The position numbers were made by a program, and so were the translations under genes. Below, one piece after another: positions 35,125 through 43,764 of a stretch of DNA of 64,000 nucleotides. The notes under the pieces were generated by a model. It saw only the letters and a program-made list of their open reading frames with translations, searched no databases and was not told the origin of the DNA. The stretch comes from Alphaproteobacteria bacterium (GTDB lineage: Bacteria; Pseudomonadota; Alphaproteobacteria; RF32; CAG-239), in NCBI GenBank assembly GCA_045116295.1, contig JBGULQ010000013.1, positions 3,745-67,744 on the forward strand, written 5' to 3'. The stretch's first letter is position 1. Each line of letters opens with the position of its first letter.

Positions 35125-35532
35125 ATGAAAACAAAGAAAATTTTACCCAAAGATGTTCGTGCTGCTCTTAGTATTGAGCGTGCAACAATGCAAAGAATGG
35201 GAATATCTCCACGGATGAACGAGACATTTATTTACATCTTTGAAGATACTTATTGGAAGCCGACTGTTAAAGGGCTTTATAGGGATTATCTGTTAAACTG
35301 GTGTAAAGATATCCTCACGAAACAAGTAGTGAAGGCAATGCCTCAAGACAAGCAACAAAAACTGCAAACACTTTGGCATGACAATGTTAATGAAAGTTTT
35401 GTTGCCTCCTCGGATATGGTATATGCCGGATTGTGGGCGCAAGTGGTTTATGCTTGCGATAGTGAGCCAGAGTTGCTGTTTGTAATACCTGAGTTTGTGT
35501 CCGGATATGTTTCAATGGCGGAGATTAAGTGA
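35125..35532 (+). CDS. hypothetical cytoplasmic protein (fourth cassette)
   Basis: 135 aa from the first ATG downstream of the predicted promoter. The track ORF start at 35077 (TTG) lies inside the promoter. No TM segment and no recognised motif. Confidence 0.5.
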   Translation: MKTKKILPKDVRAALSIERATMQRMGISPRMNETFIYIFEDTYWKPTVKGLYRDYLLNWCKDILTKQVVKAMPQDKQQKLQTLWHDNVNESFVASSDMVYAGLWAQVVYACDSEPELLFVIPEFVSGYVSMAEIK

Positions 35533-35546
35533 TTATGCTAAGTATA

Positions 35547-35576
35547 AAAGCGGCTGTCCTTTCGGGCAACCGCTTT
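35547..35576. terminator. bidirectional stem-loop between the cassette and ppiD
   Basis: AAAAGCGGCTGTCC-TTTC-GGGCAACCGCTTTT. The stem is imperfect and is flanked by an A-run and a T-run. Confidence 0.5.
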
Positions 35577-35599
35577 TATGGTTAGTTATTTGAAGATAT

Positions 35600-37438
35600 C
35601 TAGTCTTCAAGCCCGAGTTGACGATATTTTACTCGGACGTCGTATTTGTTGCCATAACTGTTGATTAAGTTAGAAGCAGCCTCTTGTCTAAGGTCAAGGC
35701 TCAGACGACGGTTGATAATATCCATATCTTGTTCGGATAACTCACGCGGAGAAGCGTCGCTGTCAACAACAGCGATAATCGTCTTGTCTGATACAGAAAA
35801 CTGCTTTCCGGTATTGCTTTTGTCATTAAACAACTCAATCATTTGAGATTGTTTGAGGTCTGCAAAATTTTGGCTTCTGGTCAGAGCAGGAGTGGTGTTA
35901 ACTCTGAGATGATAACGGCGGGCGATCTCATCTAATTTATCACCGTTTTCAAGATCTGTCATAACGTCATTGATGATTTCCTGCGCGATGGCCGATTTTT
36001 CGTTTTCTTCCCACAATTTTTTGATTTTCGGAGTTGATGCAGCCAGATCGAGCTGGTGAGAATCAACAACATTATCAATACGGATAAAGACAAAACCATG
36101 ATCACTTTCTGTGGCTTGTGATATTTCTCCCAAATTGTAGGAATATGCGGTTTCTGTATATGGGGATTCGGTATCTTCTCCAGAGAGACCTTTTATGGTC
36201 TTTAGTGGAACGCCAAGCTCTTTAGAAATATCTTCAAGTGAAGAGCCAGAGCCGATTTTGTCATCGATTTCTTTGGTGATTTCATAAGCATCATCATAAG
36301 CTTTTTCAATGCTCAAGGCTTCGATGATTTGGCGACGTGCAACCTGTGAGTCAACTTTTGAGCCTGATTTAATGTTTTGTACTTTCATAATATGCCAACC
36401 GAGATCAGATTGTGTCGGTCCGACAATTGAGCCAATTTTGGCATCAAAAATATCATCAGCCATTTCTTCAACCAAATTGTCTTTTGATACAAAGCCTAGG
36501 TCGGTATCTTCCTTGGTTTGTTCGGCAAATTTTTGAGCAGTAGCATAAAAATCTGCACCGTTGCTCAGTTCTTTTGAGGCTTTGCGGGCGGTTTCTTCGT
36601 CAGCAAAAATCATTTGTAAAATTTGACGTGTTTCAGGAGTTTCAAAGCGATCAATATTGTTTTTGTAATATTCATCAATGTCGTCATCGCTGATTTTAAC
36701 ATGTTTTGCAATGTCTTCAAATGAAAGTTCTAAAACGGTGATATCACGGGTTTCGGGAGCGATGAATTCAGCTCCGAAATCGTTATAGTACTGTTCTACC
36801 TCTTCAGGTGTGATGGTGCGATCGATTTTGGTTGTTGCCGGATCTATTTCAATGTATTTGAAAATTTTACGCTGACTTTCAGCCTTAGCGGTAAGTTGAG
36901 CCAGTGTTTTAGAAACATTGATATCACTTACCGGGTTGGTAATTAAGAAACTTCTGATTAAATCGTTGCGTAGTGTTTCAACATATTTTTGTTCGGTGAG
37001 ATTGGTGGCGGACAAAAAGTTTTTGAAAAGGTACATATCAAATTGCTGTTTGTCGTTATAAAATTGCGGTTGGGATCTTATAATGTTACCTATAAGATTA
37101 TTGCCAACGAAAATGTGCTGTTTTGATGCAATTTCTTTTGTAATTAGCTCGCTGAGGTCTTTTTGAACCAGTTCAGATGCCATGGCTGTGCGCATTTCAT
37201 CAGTGATTTCGATGTTGTCACCAAATAATTTGCGGGCGGTGCGAATCTGTTCCTCAATTTGCATATTAAATTCAGCCAGACTTATTTTATTGTTATTGAC
37301 CCTGATGACGGCAGGGTTGGAAGCAGCACGATTTAGGTAGCCGGAGATTCCGAATAATGACATAAAGCTCAGCGCGGTAAGTGCAAATATGAGCTTTGCA
37401 ATCCATGAATCCTGGGCTTGGCGTAATCTAGTAATCAT
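35600..37438 (-). CDS. ppiD: membrane-anchored periplasmic chaperone / peptidyl-prolyl isomerase (PpiD/SurA-like)
   Basis: 612 aa with an N-terminal TM helix (AKLIFALTALSFMSLFGISG), a SurA-N-like region and a parvulin-like segment (GWHIMKV). Confidence 0.75.
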   Translation of the reverse strand: MITRLRQAQDSWIAKLIFALTALSFMSLFGISGYLNRAASNPAVIRVNNNKISLAEFNMQIEEQIRTARKLFGDNIEITDEMRTAMASELVQKDLSELITKEIASKQHIFVGNNLIGNIIRSQPQFYNDKQQFDMYLFKNFLSATNLTEQKYVETLRNDLIRSFLITNPVSDINVSKTLAQLTAKAESQRKIFKYIEIDPATTKIDRTITPEEVEQYYNDFGAEFIAPETRDITVLELSFEDIAKHVKISDDDIDEYYKNNIDRFETPETRQILQMIFADEETARKASKELSNGADFYATAQKFAEQTKEDTDLGFVSKDNLVEEMADDIFDAKIGSIVGPTQSDLGWHIMKVQNIKSGSKVDSQVARRQIIEALSIEKAYDDAYEITKEIDDKIGSGSSLEDISKELGVPLKTIKGLSGEDTESPYTETAYSYNLGEISQATESDHGFVFIRIDNVVDSHQLDLAASTPKIKKLWEENEKSAIAQEIINDVMTDLENGDKLDEIARRYHLRVNTTPALTRSQNFADLKQSQMIELFNDKSNTGKQFSVSDKTIIAVVDSDASPRELSEQDMDIINRRLSLDLRQEAASNLINSYGNKYDVRVKYRQLGLED

Positions 37439-37596
37439 TTTTTATTGTCCTTAAAATTGTATAACTGGGTGTCAATATAATAGATTTGTCGTTTTATGCA
37501 ATTACAAAATATTGGTGTTGAAAAGTTTTTTAAACTGGAAAATATATTTTTAGTATGTTAAAAGGGTGACAATGTTAAATGATTGAGGATTTTATA

Positions 37597-38355
37597 ATGA
37601 CCAGAAAAATCATGATTGCCGGTAACTGGAAAATGAACGGCTTGTTGGAAGATGGTGTAAAATTAGCAAAAGATGTTGCCGCTGAGGTGAAGAAAATCGG
37701 ACGTCCACAGTGTGAATTTTTGGTTTGTCCGCCTTTTACACTTCTGTATTCAGTAAAAAAAGCTTTGCGTGGTGCTAAGGTAGCACTCGGGGCTCAGGAT
37801 GCACATTTTACAGCCAAAGGAGCTCACACCGGTGATATCAGTCCGGAGATGCTTAAGGATTTGGGATGCGGATATGTAATTCTCGGGCATTCGGAAAGAC
37901 GTGCCGATCATGGTGAAAGCAATGAATTGGTGGCTAAAAAAGCTGCTGCGGCTTATGAGAACGGATTGAAAACAATTATCTGTATCGGGGAAACCGAAAA
38001 ACAACGTGATGAGGGCAAAACTATCGATGTTTGCACAAAGCAAATTATGGGTTCTGTGCCTGAAAATGCAAGTGCTGCAAATACAGTTATTGCGTATGAG
38101 CCGGTATGGGCGATCGGTACCGGTAAAACTCCGACAGCTAAAGATGTTGAAGAAGTGCATGCAGCGGTGCGTAATGTGTTAGCTAAAAAACTCGGAAAAG
38201 CAACCGCTAATAAAATGCGTATTTTATATGGCGGTTCTGTAAAGCCGGCAAATGCTAAGGAATTTTTATCTTTGCCAGATGTCGATGGTGCGTTGATTGG
38301 CGGAGCCAGTCTGAAAGCTCAGGATTTTATGGCAATTGCAAAAACAGTTTGTTAA
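37597..38355 (+). CDS. tpiA: triosephosphate isomerase
   Basis: AGNWKMNG, GHSERR and YEPVWAIGTG motifs. A GAGGA precedes the ATG at 37597. The track start at 37579 is probably an extension. Confidence 0.95.
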   Translation: MTRKIMIAGNWKMNGLLEDGVKLAKDVAAEVKKIGRPQCEFLVCPPFTLLYSVKKALRGAKVALGAQDAHFTAKGAHTGDISPEMLKDLGCGYVILGHSERRADHGESNELVAKKAAAAYENGLKTIICIGETEKQRDEGKTIDVCTKQIMGSVPENASAANTVIAYEPVWAIGTGKTPTAKDVEEVHAAVRNVLAKKLGKATANKMRILYGGSVKPANAKEFLSLPDVDGALIGGASLKAQDFMAIAKTVC

Positions 38356-38372
38356 TTGAAAGAGGATAGAAA

Positions 38373-38687
38373 ATGAACACAGTTTTGTTAGTATTACATT
38401 TGATGATTGCAATCTTTTTAGTTGCTTTTATTTTGTTGCAACGTTCTTCAGGCGGTGCTTTGGACGGATTGGGCGGCGGTAACGGCGCGTCTAGCTTTTT
38501 GACAGCAAGAGGAACAGGTAATTTCCTGACCAGAGCAACAGCAATTTTGGCAACACTATTTTTTATTACAAGTATGTCGTTGTCCTTGTATTATAAAGGA
38601 CATTCCGGTCGTACAGTAGCAAAATCAGTTGTTGAACAGGTGCCTGTACAACAGAACATTCCGGTTGCACCAGTTGCCGAGAAATAA
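38373..38687 (+). CDS. secG: preprotein translocase subunit SecG
   Basis: 104 aa with two TM helices and a Gly-rich loop (LLQRSSGGALDGLGGG). It occupies the conserved tpiA-secG-pyrG position. Confidence 0.85.
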   Translation: MNTVLLVLHLMIAIFLVAFILLQRSSGGALDGLGGGNGASSFLTARGTGNFLTRATAILATLFFITSMSLSLYYKGHSGRTVAKSVVEQVPVQQNIPVAPVAEK

Positions 38688-38768
38688 AATATGGGTTGTT
38701 TGGTTGACATAGGACACCTTAATTCATAAGGTGTCCTGTCGCTTTTAAAAGAACAGTGGTATTAAAAA

Positions 38769-40415
38769 ATGTCTGAGAAAACAAATAGTAAAACAAAATT
38801 TATCTTTATCACAGGGGGCGTGGTTTCGTCTTTGGGTAAAGGGTTGGCATCAGCTTCGTTAGCAGCATTATTGCAGGCTAGAGGTTTTAAGGTTCGGCTA
38901 CGCAAACTTGATCCGTATCTTAATGTCGATCCGGGAACAATGAATCCCTGTCAGCATGGTGAAGTTTATGTGACAGATGACGGAACGGAAGCTGATTTGG
39001 ATTTGGGACATTATGAGCGTTTTTCAGGCATTCCGGCAACCAAACATGATAGTGTTACCAGTGGAAAAATATATCAAAGGGTACTGGATAAAGAGCGTCA
39101 TGGTGACTATTTGGGAGCAACAATTCAGGTTATTCCTCACGTTACTAATGAAATTAAGAGTTTTATTCTTAATGATATTACTGATGAGGATTTTGTTTTG
39201 TGTGAAATCGGCGGTACGGTCGGAGATATTGAGGGACAGCCATATTTGGAGTCGATTCGTCAGTTGGCATATGAGTTGGGGCGCGAACGTACAATGTTTG
39301 TACATTTGACCTTGTTGCCATATATTCCGACGGCCGGAGAGCTAAAAACAAAGCCGACACAACATTCAGTAAAGCAGTTGCAGGAATATGGAATTCAGCC
39401 AGATATCTTGTTGTGTCGTTCGCAAATAGAAATTCCGCAAAATGAAAGAAGAAAAATAGCACAATTTTGTAATGTAAAAGAAGAATGTGTTATTGCAGCT
39501 TTAGATGCAAAATCTATTTATCATGTGCCTTTGGCGTATTCTAAAGAAGGGTTGGATTATCAGGTTTGTAAATATTTTAATCTGAATACCGATAAAAAGC
39601 CGGATCTTGCAAAATGGCAACATATTGAAGATGTTATGCAAAATACGGAAGGTGAAGTCAAAATTGCCATTGTCGGAAAATATCAACTGCAAGAGGCGTA
39701 TAAATCTTTGGCAGAAGCTCTCACTCACGGAGGATTAGCAAACAGGTTCAAGGTGAAAATCAAGTGGCTTGATGCCGAAGATGTTGAAAAACAGGGCGCA
39801 GATGAGCTTCTTAATGATGTCAGCGGAATTTTGGTTCCCGGTGGATTTGGTAATAGAGGAACTGAGGGAAAAATTGCTGCTGCAAAATATGCGCGTGAAC
39901 ATAATATTCCGTATTTGGGGATTTGTTTTGGTATGCAGATGGCGGTTATTGAAACAATGCGTAATGTCGCAGGGATTAAAAATGCTAACAGTAGCGAGCT
40001 TTCTGATAATTGTGAAGCCGTCGTCGGTTTGATGACAGAGTGGGATAAAGACGGAGCAAAAGAAATTCGTCACAAAGGCGGTGATTTGGGCGGAACAATG
40101 AGACTTGGTGCTTATCCGACGGTCTTGGATGAAAAATCAAAAGTCTATCAGATTTATGGCGAAAAAAATATTAGTGAACGCCATCGCCATCGCTATGAAG
40201 TTAATATTAAATATGAGCCGGTACTGAAAAAGGCAGGAATGATTATTGTAGGCAAATCTCCAGATGGCAAGTTGCCGGAAATTGTTGAAAGACCAGATCA
40301 TCCGTGGTTTATAGGCGTACAATTTCATCCGGAGCTGAAATCAAAACCATTTGCTCCTCATCCGTTATTTGTGGCTTTTGTTAAGGCCGCTATTGATAAC
40401 AGTCGTTTGATCTAA
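38769..40415 (+). CDS. pyrG: CTP synthase
   Basis: [16 protein letters not shown], the GICFGMQ glutaminase Cys motif and the HRHRYE motif. Confidence 0.95.
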   Translation: MSEKTNSKTKFIFITGGVVSSLGKGLASASLAALLQARGFKVRLRKLDPYLNVDPGTMNPCQHGEVYVTDDGTEADLDLGHYERFSGIPATKHDSVTSGKIYQRVLDKERHGDYLGATIQVIPHVTNEIKSFILNDITDEDFVLCEIGGTVGDIEGQPYLESIRQLAYELGRERTMFVHLTLLPYIPTAGELKTKPTQHSVKQLQEYGIQPDILLCRSQIEIPQNERRKIAQFCNVKEECVIAALDAKSIYHVPLAYSKEGLDYQVCKYFNLNTDKKPDLAKWQHIEDVMQNTEGEVKIAIVGKYQLQEAYKSLAEALTHGGLANRFKVKIKWLDAEDVEKQGADELLNDVSGILVPGGFGNRGTEGKIAAAKYAREHNIPYLGICFGMQMAVIETMRNVAGIKNANSSELSDNCEAVVGLMTEWDKDGAKEIRHKGGDLGGTMRLGAYPTVLDEKSKVYQIYGEKNISERHRHRYEVNIKYEPVLKKAGMIIVGKSPDGKLPEIVERPDHPWFIGVQFHPELKSKPFAPHPLFVAFVKAAIDNSRLI

Positions 40416-40432
40416 AATAATAAAGGAAGGCT

Positions 40433-40978
40433 ATGAAGTTTAAGTATATTTTTATATTTGCATTATTAACCGTATTTCCGCTGAAATCACAGGCTTTTGA
40501 ATGGAGTAAGTGGTACAACAATCTAAAGGATAATGTAGCTGATACATGGAGTTGCGGTAGATTGGAGGCTTATGCTCCGTTTTATGCATGGCATAACCGG
40601 CTGGCATATGACAAACGACATGTTAGAAAATATAATGAGGAAGCCTGGGGTTTCGGACTTGGCAAAGGTTTGTGGGACGGAAATGAATGGCATGGACTGT
40701 ATGCTATAGCATTTAAGGATTCAAATTTTTATCTGGAAACAATTTTCGGTTATGCTTATCAGTATCATTGGAGCCTTTCAGATGATGGTTTATGGAAAGT
40801 GGGAGCAGGGTATACTTTGAGCCTGACGCAGCGACATGAATACAGTTATGTTCCGGTGCCACTGCCGTTGCCGATTGCCAGTATAAGTTATGATCGTTTT
40901 TCGTTGCAGGCGGCTTATGTGCCGGGCGTCAAAAATGATGGCAATGTGTTGTTTATGTGGATGAAATTTTCATTCTAA
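40433..40978 (+). CDS. pagP: lipid A palmitoyltransferase PagP-like outer-membrane enzyme
   Basis: Signal peptide, then colinear similarity to E. coli PagP. Matching segments are FYAWHNRLAYDK, WHGLYAIAFKDS, PLPLPIASISY and GNVLFMWMKFSF. Equivalents of His33, Asp76 and Ser77 are present. Confidence 0.8.
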   Translation: MKFKYIFIFALLTVFPLKSQAFEWSKWYNNLKDNVADTWSCGRLEAYAPFYAWHNRLAYDKRHVRKYNEEAWGFGLGKGLWDGNEWHGLYAIAFKDSNFYLETIFGYAYQYHWSLSDDGLWKVGAGYTLSLTQRHEYSYVPVPLPLPIASISYDRFSLQAAYVPGVKNDGNVLFMWMKFSF

Positions 40979-40992
40979 CAAGGAGTTAAAAG

Positions 40993-41829
40993 ATGGAACA
41001 GAAAAAAATAAAAATAGGTAATTTTGAAATTGGTAATGAGTTGCCGATAGCAATTATTGCCGGACCATGTCAGATTGAGAGTAGGCAGCATGCTATTGAT
41101 ATTGCCGGACACATGGTAGAAATTACTAAAGAACTCGGAATTAACTATATTTTTAAGGCATCGTTTGACAAGGCTAACCGCACTTCGCTCAATTCTCCAA
41201 GAGGAGTTGGAATAGAGGAGGGAATGCGCACTTTTGAGGAAATTAAAAGACTCTATGGGTGTCCGATTTTGACAGATATTCACGAACGAGAGCAATGTCC
41301 GATTGTTGCGCAATATGTTGATATATTGCAAATTCCGGCGTTTTTGTGCCGACAGACCGATTTGGTAGTGGCTGCGGCTAAGACAGGAAAAGTCGTCAAT
41401 ATAAAGAAAGGGCAGTTTTTGGCTCCGTGGGATATGAAACACTTGGTTATGAAGGCAGTGGATTCCGGTAATGACAAAGTTTGTTTGACGGAACGAGGTA
41501 CATCTTTCGGGTACAATACACTGGTGACGGATATGAGGGCTTTTCCGCAGATGGCAAATGATACAGGATGCCCGATAATATTTGATGCTACTCACTCGGT
41601 GCAACAACCGGGTGGTTTGGGCGGAAAGTCGGGTGGAAACCGTGAGATGGCTCCGGTGTTGGCCAGAGCTGCGGTAGCAGTCGGAGTCGCAGCCGTGTTT
41701 ATGGAAACTCATGACAATCCGGATAAAGCGTTGTCAGATGGTCCGAACAGTATTTATCTGAGTGATATGAAACGGGTTATCTCGGAACTTATGGCTTTTG
41801 ATAAGGTCAGAAAGTCGATTATTAAGTAA
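40993..41829 (+). CDS. kdsA: 3-deoxy-8-phosphooctulonate synthase
   Basis: IAGPCQIES, FKASFDKANR, ILQIPAFLCRQTDL and FDATHSVQ motifs. Confidence 0.95.
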   Translation: MEQKKIKIGNFEIGNELPIAIIAGPCQIESRQHAIDIAGHMVEITKELGINYIFKASFDKANRTSLNSPRGVGIEEGMRTFEEIKRLYGCPILTDIHEREQCPIVAQYVDILQIPAFLCRQTDLVVAAAKTGKVVNIKKGQFLAPWDMKHLVMKAVDSGNDKVCLTERGTSFGYNTLVTDMRAFPQMANDTGCPIIFDATHSVQQPGGLGGKSGGNREMAPVLARAAVAVGVAAVFMETHDNPDKALSDGPNSIYLSDMKRVISELMAFDKVRKSIIK

Positions 41830-41852
41830 TTGACAGAAGTTTTTTTGATAAT

Positions 41853-41878
41853 AAAAGGGCTTTTTTAGCCCTTTTTTA
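41853..41878 (+). terminator. rho-independent terminator of kdsA
   Basis: AAAGGGC-TTTTTTA-GCCCTTT followed by a T-run. Confidence 0.7.
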
Positions 41879-41897
41879 TTTTTTTATAAAAAATATG

Positions 41898-41926
41898 TTG
41901 ACAAAATTACCAAAAAATGGTAGTTT
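41898..41926 (+). promoter_or_regulatory. sigma70-type promoter of an orphan cassette
   Basis: TTGACA, a 17-nt spacer, then TAGTTT, with a TGG extended -10. Confidence 0.5.
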
Positions 41927-41975
41927 GATATCTGAGAAGAAATTTTTAATTAATTATTTATTTAAAAGACATACT

Positions 41976-42536
41976 ATGTATTTTTTGTTAGAAAATCAAC
42001 AACCATGTGTGCTTGCAAGACATATCGGAGTTGCAGGTAAGTTGCCAGACCTTAATAACTGGAATCACCCCTATATTGAAGCGGCAATTCCTGCTATTAG
42101 GGTTAAGCGCGGGGATGGTAAGTCCTTTTGGTATATGGATGCCCGAACCCTTGAAACACTTCAGGTAGAAAAGGTGATAGAGGGAGAGGGTGAACATAAA
42201 CGAGAGTGCTACTACCGGCGCTTTAGTGGTGAGGAAGTTCCCTATGTTGAATTTTCCTGGCCTGCAGGTGAAGCTTGGAAATATTCAGAAGGAGATATTC
42301 TGATGCCCTCCAAGTTCATTGCTGGAGCGCACAAAGGGAAGATGGCCATCCTCATCAGTGGGGAGCGTAAGAAGGACGAAGACGGAAATCCCGGAGAGCC
42401 CTTCTGGACGTATGATCCTCAGAGAGAAGGAAGCAGTGTGACTCTGCGTACGGTCTTTGACCATCACTTTAGTGATGAAGAGCGCAATGCAGCGAAGTAT
42501 GGGCAGCCTGTCCATGCCTTCCGTGAGCAAGACTAA
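41976..42536 (+). CDS. hypothetical protein
   Basis: 186 aa from the first ATG after the promoter (MYFLLENQQP...). The track start at 41895 overlaps the -35 box. No recognised motif. Confidence 0.55.
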   Translation: MYFLLENQQPCVLARHIGVAGKLPDLNNWNHPYIEAAIPAIRVKRGDGKSFWYMDARTLETLQVEKVIEGEGEHKRECYYRRFSGEEVPYVEFSWPAGEAWKYSEGDILMPSKFIAGAHKGKMAILISGERKKDEDGNPGEPFWTYDPQREGSSVTLRTVFDHHFSDEERNAAKYGQPVHAFREQD

Positions 42537-42547
42537 CTTCAGTCGGA

Positions 42548-42573
42548 CCCTATCTCCTCGTGAGATAGGGTTT
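42548..42573 (+). terminator. stem-loop terminator fused to the next promoter
   Basis: CCCTATCTC-CTCGT-GAGATAGGG followed by TTT. The T-run continues directly into the TTGACG -35 box. Confidence 0.6.
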
Positions 42574-42600
42574 GACGTTTGTAAAACATCTAATTATTAT
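42572..42600 (+). promoter_or_regulatory. sigma70-type promoter related to the array modules
   Basis: TTGACG, a 17-nt spacer, then TATTAT. The first 15 nt, TTGACGTTTGTAAAA, resemble TTGACGTTTTGTCAA of modules A and B. Confidence 0.45.
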
Positions 42601-42958
42601 GTTAAGAATTTCAAAACAACAAAAGTTTGTGCTTGTTGTCACATTGGCTGCTGGATACAAAAGCAGTGATGTCAAACGGTATGATGACAAAAGAATCGTC
42701 CTCTATGTTCGCGTCGGAATCAAAGATGAGAAGACAAAACTGGTTACTGATCTGAAATCAGGCGTGTTCATACAGATGACTGGTCGCGATTTTATCTTTC
42801 CGGTGTATGTCGGCGATGTATTTGCGTATCCTGATGGTCATAAGTATATGATTACACAGGAAGTCGTCTATGGTGGGGCAGAGGTTGTGGCTCTGTCAGA
42901 TGAAGATCGCAACTTCAGGTTTCTGCCCTCAACCTTGGGAGAAATCAGAGTTCAATAA
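42599..42958 (+). CDS. hypothetical protein (start uncertain)
   Basis: The ORF is clear, but the first ATG (42599) overlaps the predicted -10 hexamer. An in-frame GTG at 42629 is an alternative start. No recognised motif. Confidence 0.5.
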   Translation: MLRISKQQKFVLVVTLAAGYKSSDVKRYDDKRIVLYVRVGIKDEKTKLVTDLKSGVFIQMTGRDFIFPVYVGDVFAYPDGHKYMITQEVVYGGAEVVALSDEDRNFRFLPSTLGEIRVQ

Positions 42959-42961
42959 GCA

Positions 42962-42993
42962 AAAGTCCGGTTTCTGTTGTGGAGCCGGACTTT
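42962..42993 (+). terminator. stem-loop terminator
   Basis: AAAGTCCGG...CCGGACTTT with a 14-nt loop. Confidence 0.5.
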
Positions 42994-43039
42994 GCAATTT
43001 TAAACTTGCTAAACAGTGTATTTGTATTATCAATAAGAT

Positions 43040-43756
43040 ATGCAGTTTAAAGATGAAGGATATATTGTAGCTTTACGCAAACATGGAGAAAACTCACTGA
43101 TTGTGACGTTGGTTACTAAGCAGCATGGTTTGTTGTGCGGTTTTGTACGCGGAGCATTGAGCAAAAAAAAATTGGGAGTATACCAGATAGGTAATTTACT
43201 CAGCATTGATTGTTATGCTCGAGTTGAAGAAAATATGCTATCCATGAGATGTGAATTGATGATGCCAACCGCTATAAATTTTATGAATGACGGTGCAAAA
43301 CTGGCGGCTCTGTCGGGGTTATGTTCTTTGGTGGTAGCATGTTTGCCGGAAAATGAAAATCTGGAAAGGTTTTATTATTATATCGACAGTTTTTTTCAGC
43401 TTGTAAATGAGCCTAATTGGCGTGTTCATTATGCTTTTTTTGAATTTTATCTGTTAGAATATCTGGGAATCGGATTGGATTTAACAGAATGTGCAGATAC
43501 CGGAACCACCGAAAATTTGGCTTATGTATCACCAAAAAGCGGAAAGGCAGTATGTGCTGAATCGGGAGAACCATTTAAGAATAAGTTGTTTAGGTATCCG
43601 CATTTTATTGTGGATAAAAACTATAATCCGGTGCCATCAGAAGTGGCGGATTTGTTGAAGATGACGGAATTTTTCCTCAATAAAAACTTTTTTCAAATCC
43701 ATAACTTGAAATTTCCGATAAACCGTGCTAGCTTGCTAGAAAATCTAGCATTATAA
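43040..43756 (+). CDS. recO: DNA repair protein RecO
   Basis: 238 aa with a RecO-like OB-fold N-terminus ([26 protein letters not shown]). It lies immediately upstream of parC. Confidence 0.75.
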   Translation: MQFKDEGYIVALRKHGENSLIVTLVTKQHGLLCGFVRGALSKKKLGVYQIGNLLSIDCYARVEENMLSMRCELMMPTAINFMNDGAKLAALSGLCSLVVACLPENENLERFYYYIDSFFQLVNEPNWRVHYAFFEFYLLEYLGIGLDLTECADTGTTENLAYVSPKSGKAVCAESGEPFKNKLFRYPHFIVDKNYNPVPSEVADLLKMTEFFLNKNFFQIHNLKFPINRASLLENLAL

Positions 43757-43764
43757 GAGAAATT

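Noticed and set aside
38704-38745. Hairpin AGGACACCTTA...TAAGGTGTCCT between secG and pyrG as a pyrG attenuator
   Set aside because: The stem is clear, but it is followed by GTCGCTTTT rather than a proper U-tract. It overlaps a possible TTGACA-17-TAAGGT promoter. I cannot distinguish a secG terminator, a promoter overlap and an attenuator from the sequence alone.
40975-41712. 245-aa ORF antisense to kdsA
   Set aside because: kdsA on the + strand is unambiguous. The antisense product has no recognisable features and many Cys, Ser and Arg residues, which is typical of shadow frames.
41895-41975. N-terminal extensions proposed by the ORF track (41895, 42572, 35077, 4298, 59743, 24724, 22272, 37579)
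   Set aside because: Each extended start overlaps a predicted -35 or -10 box, a terminator or the neighbouring gene. Each also lacks an RBS. A downstream ATG with a better context exists in every case, and those coordinates are used in the feature list.
41976-42958. Claiming horizontal transfer of the kdsA-recO cassettes from GC content
   Set aside because: Hand counts of a few 60-nt lines gave 42-53% against about 45% in the flanking genes. The difference is too small and the sample too limited. A proper windowed GC and k-mer analysis is needed.
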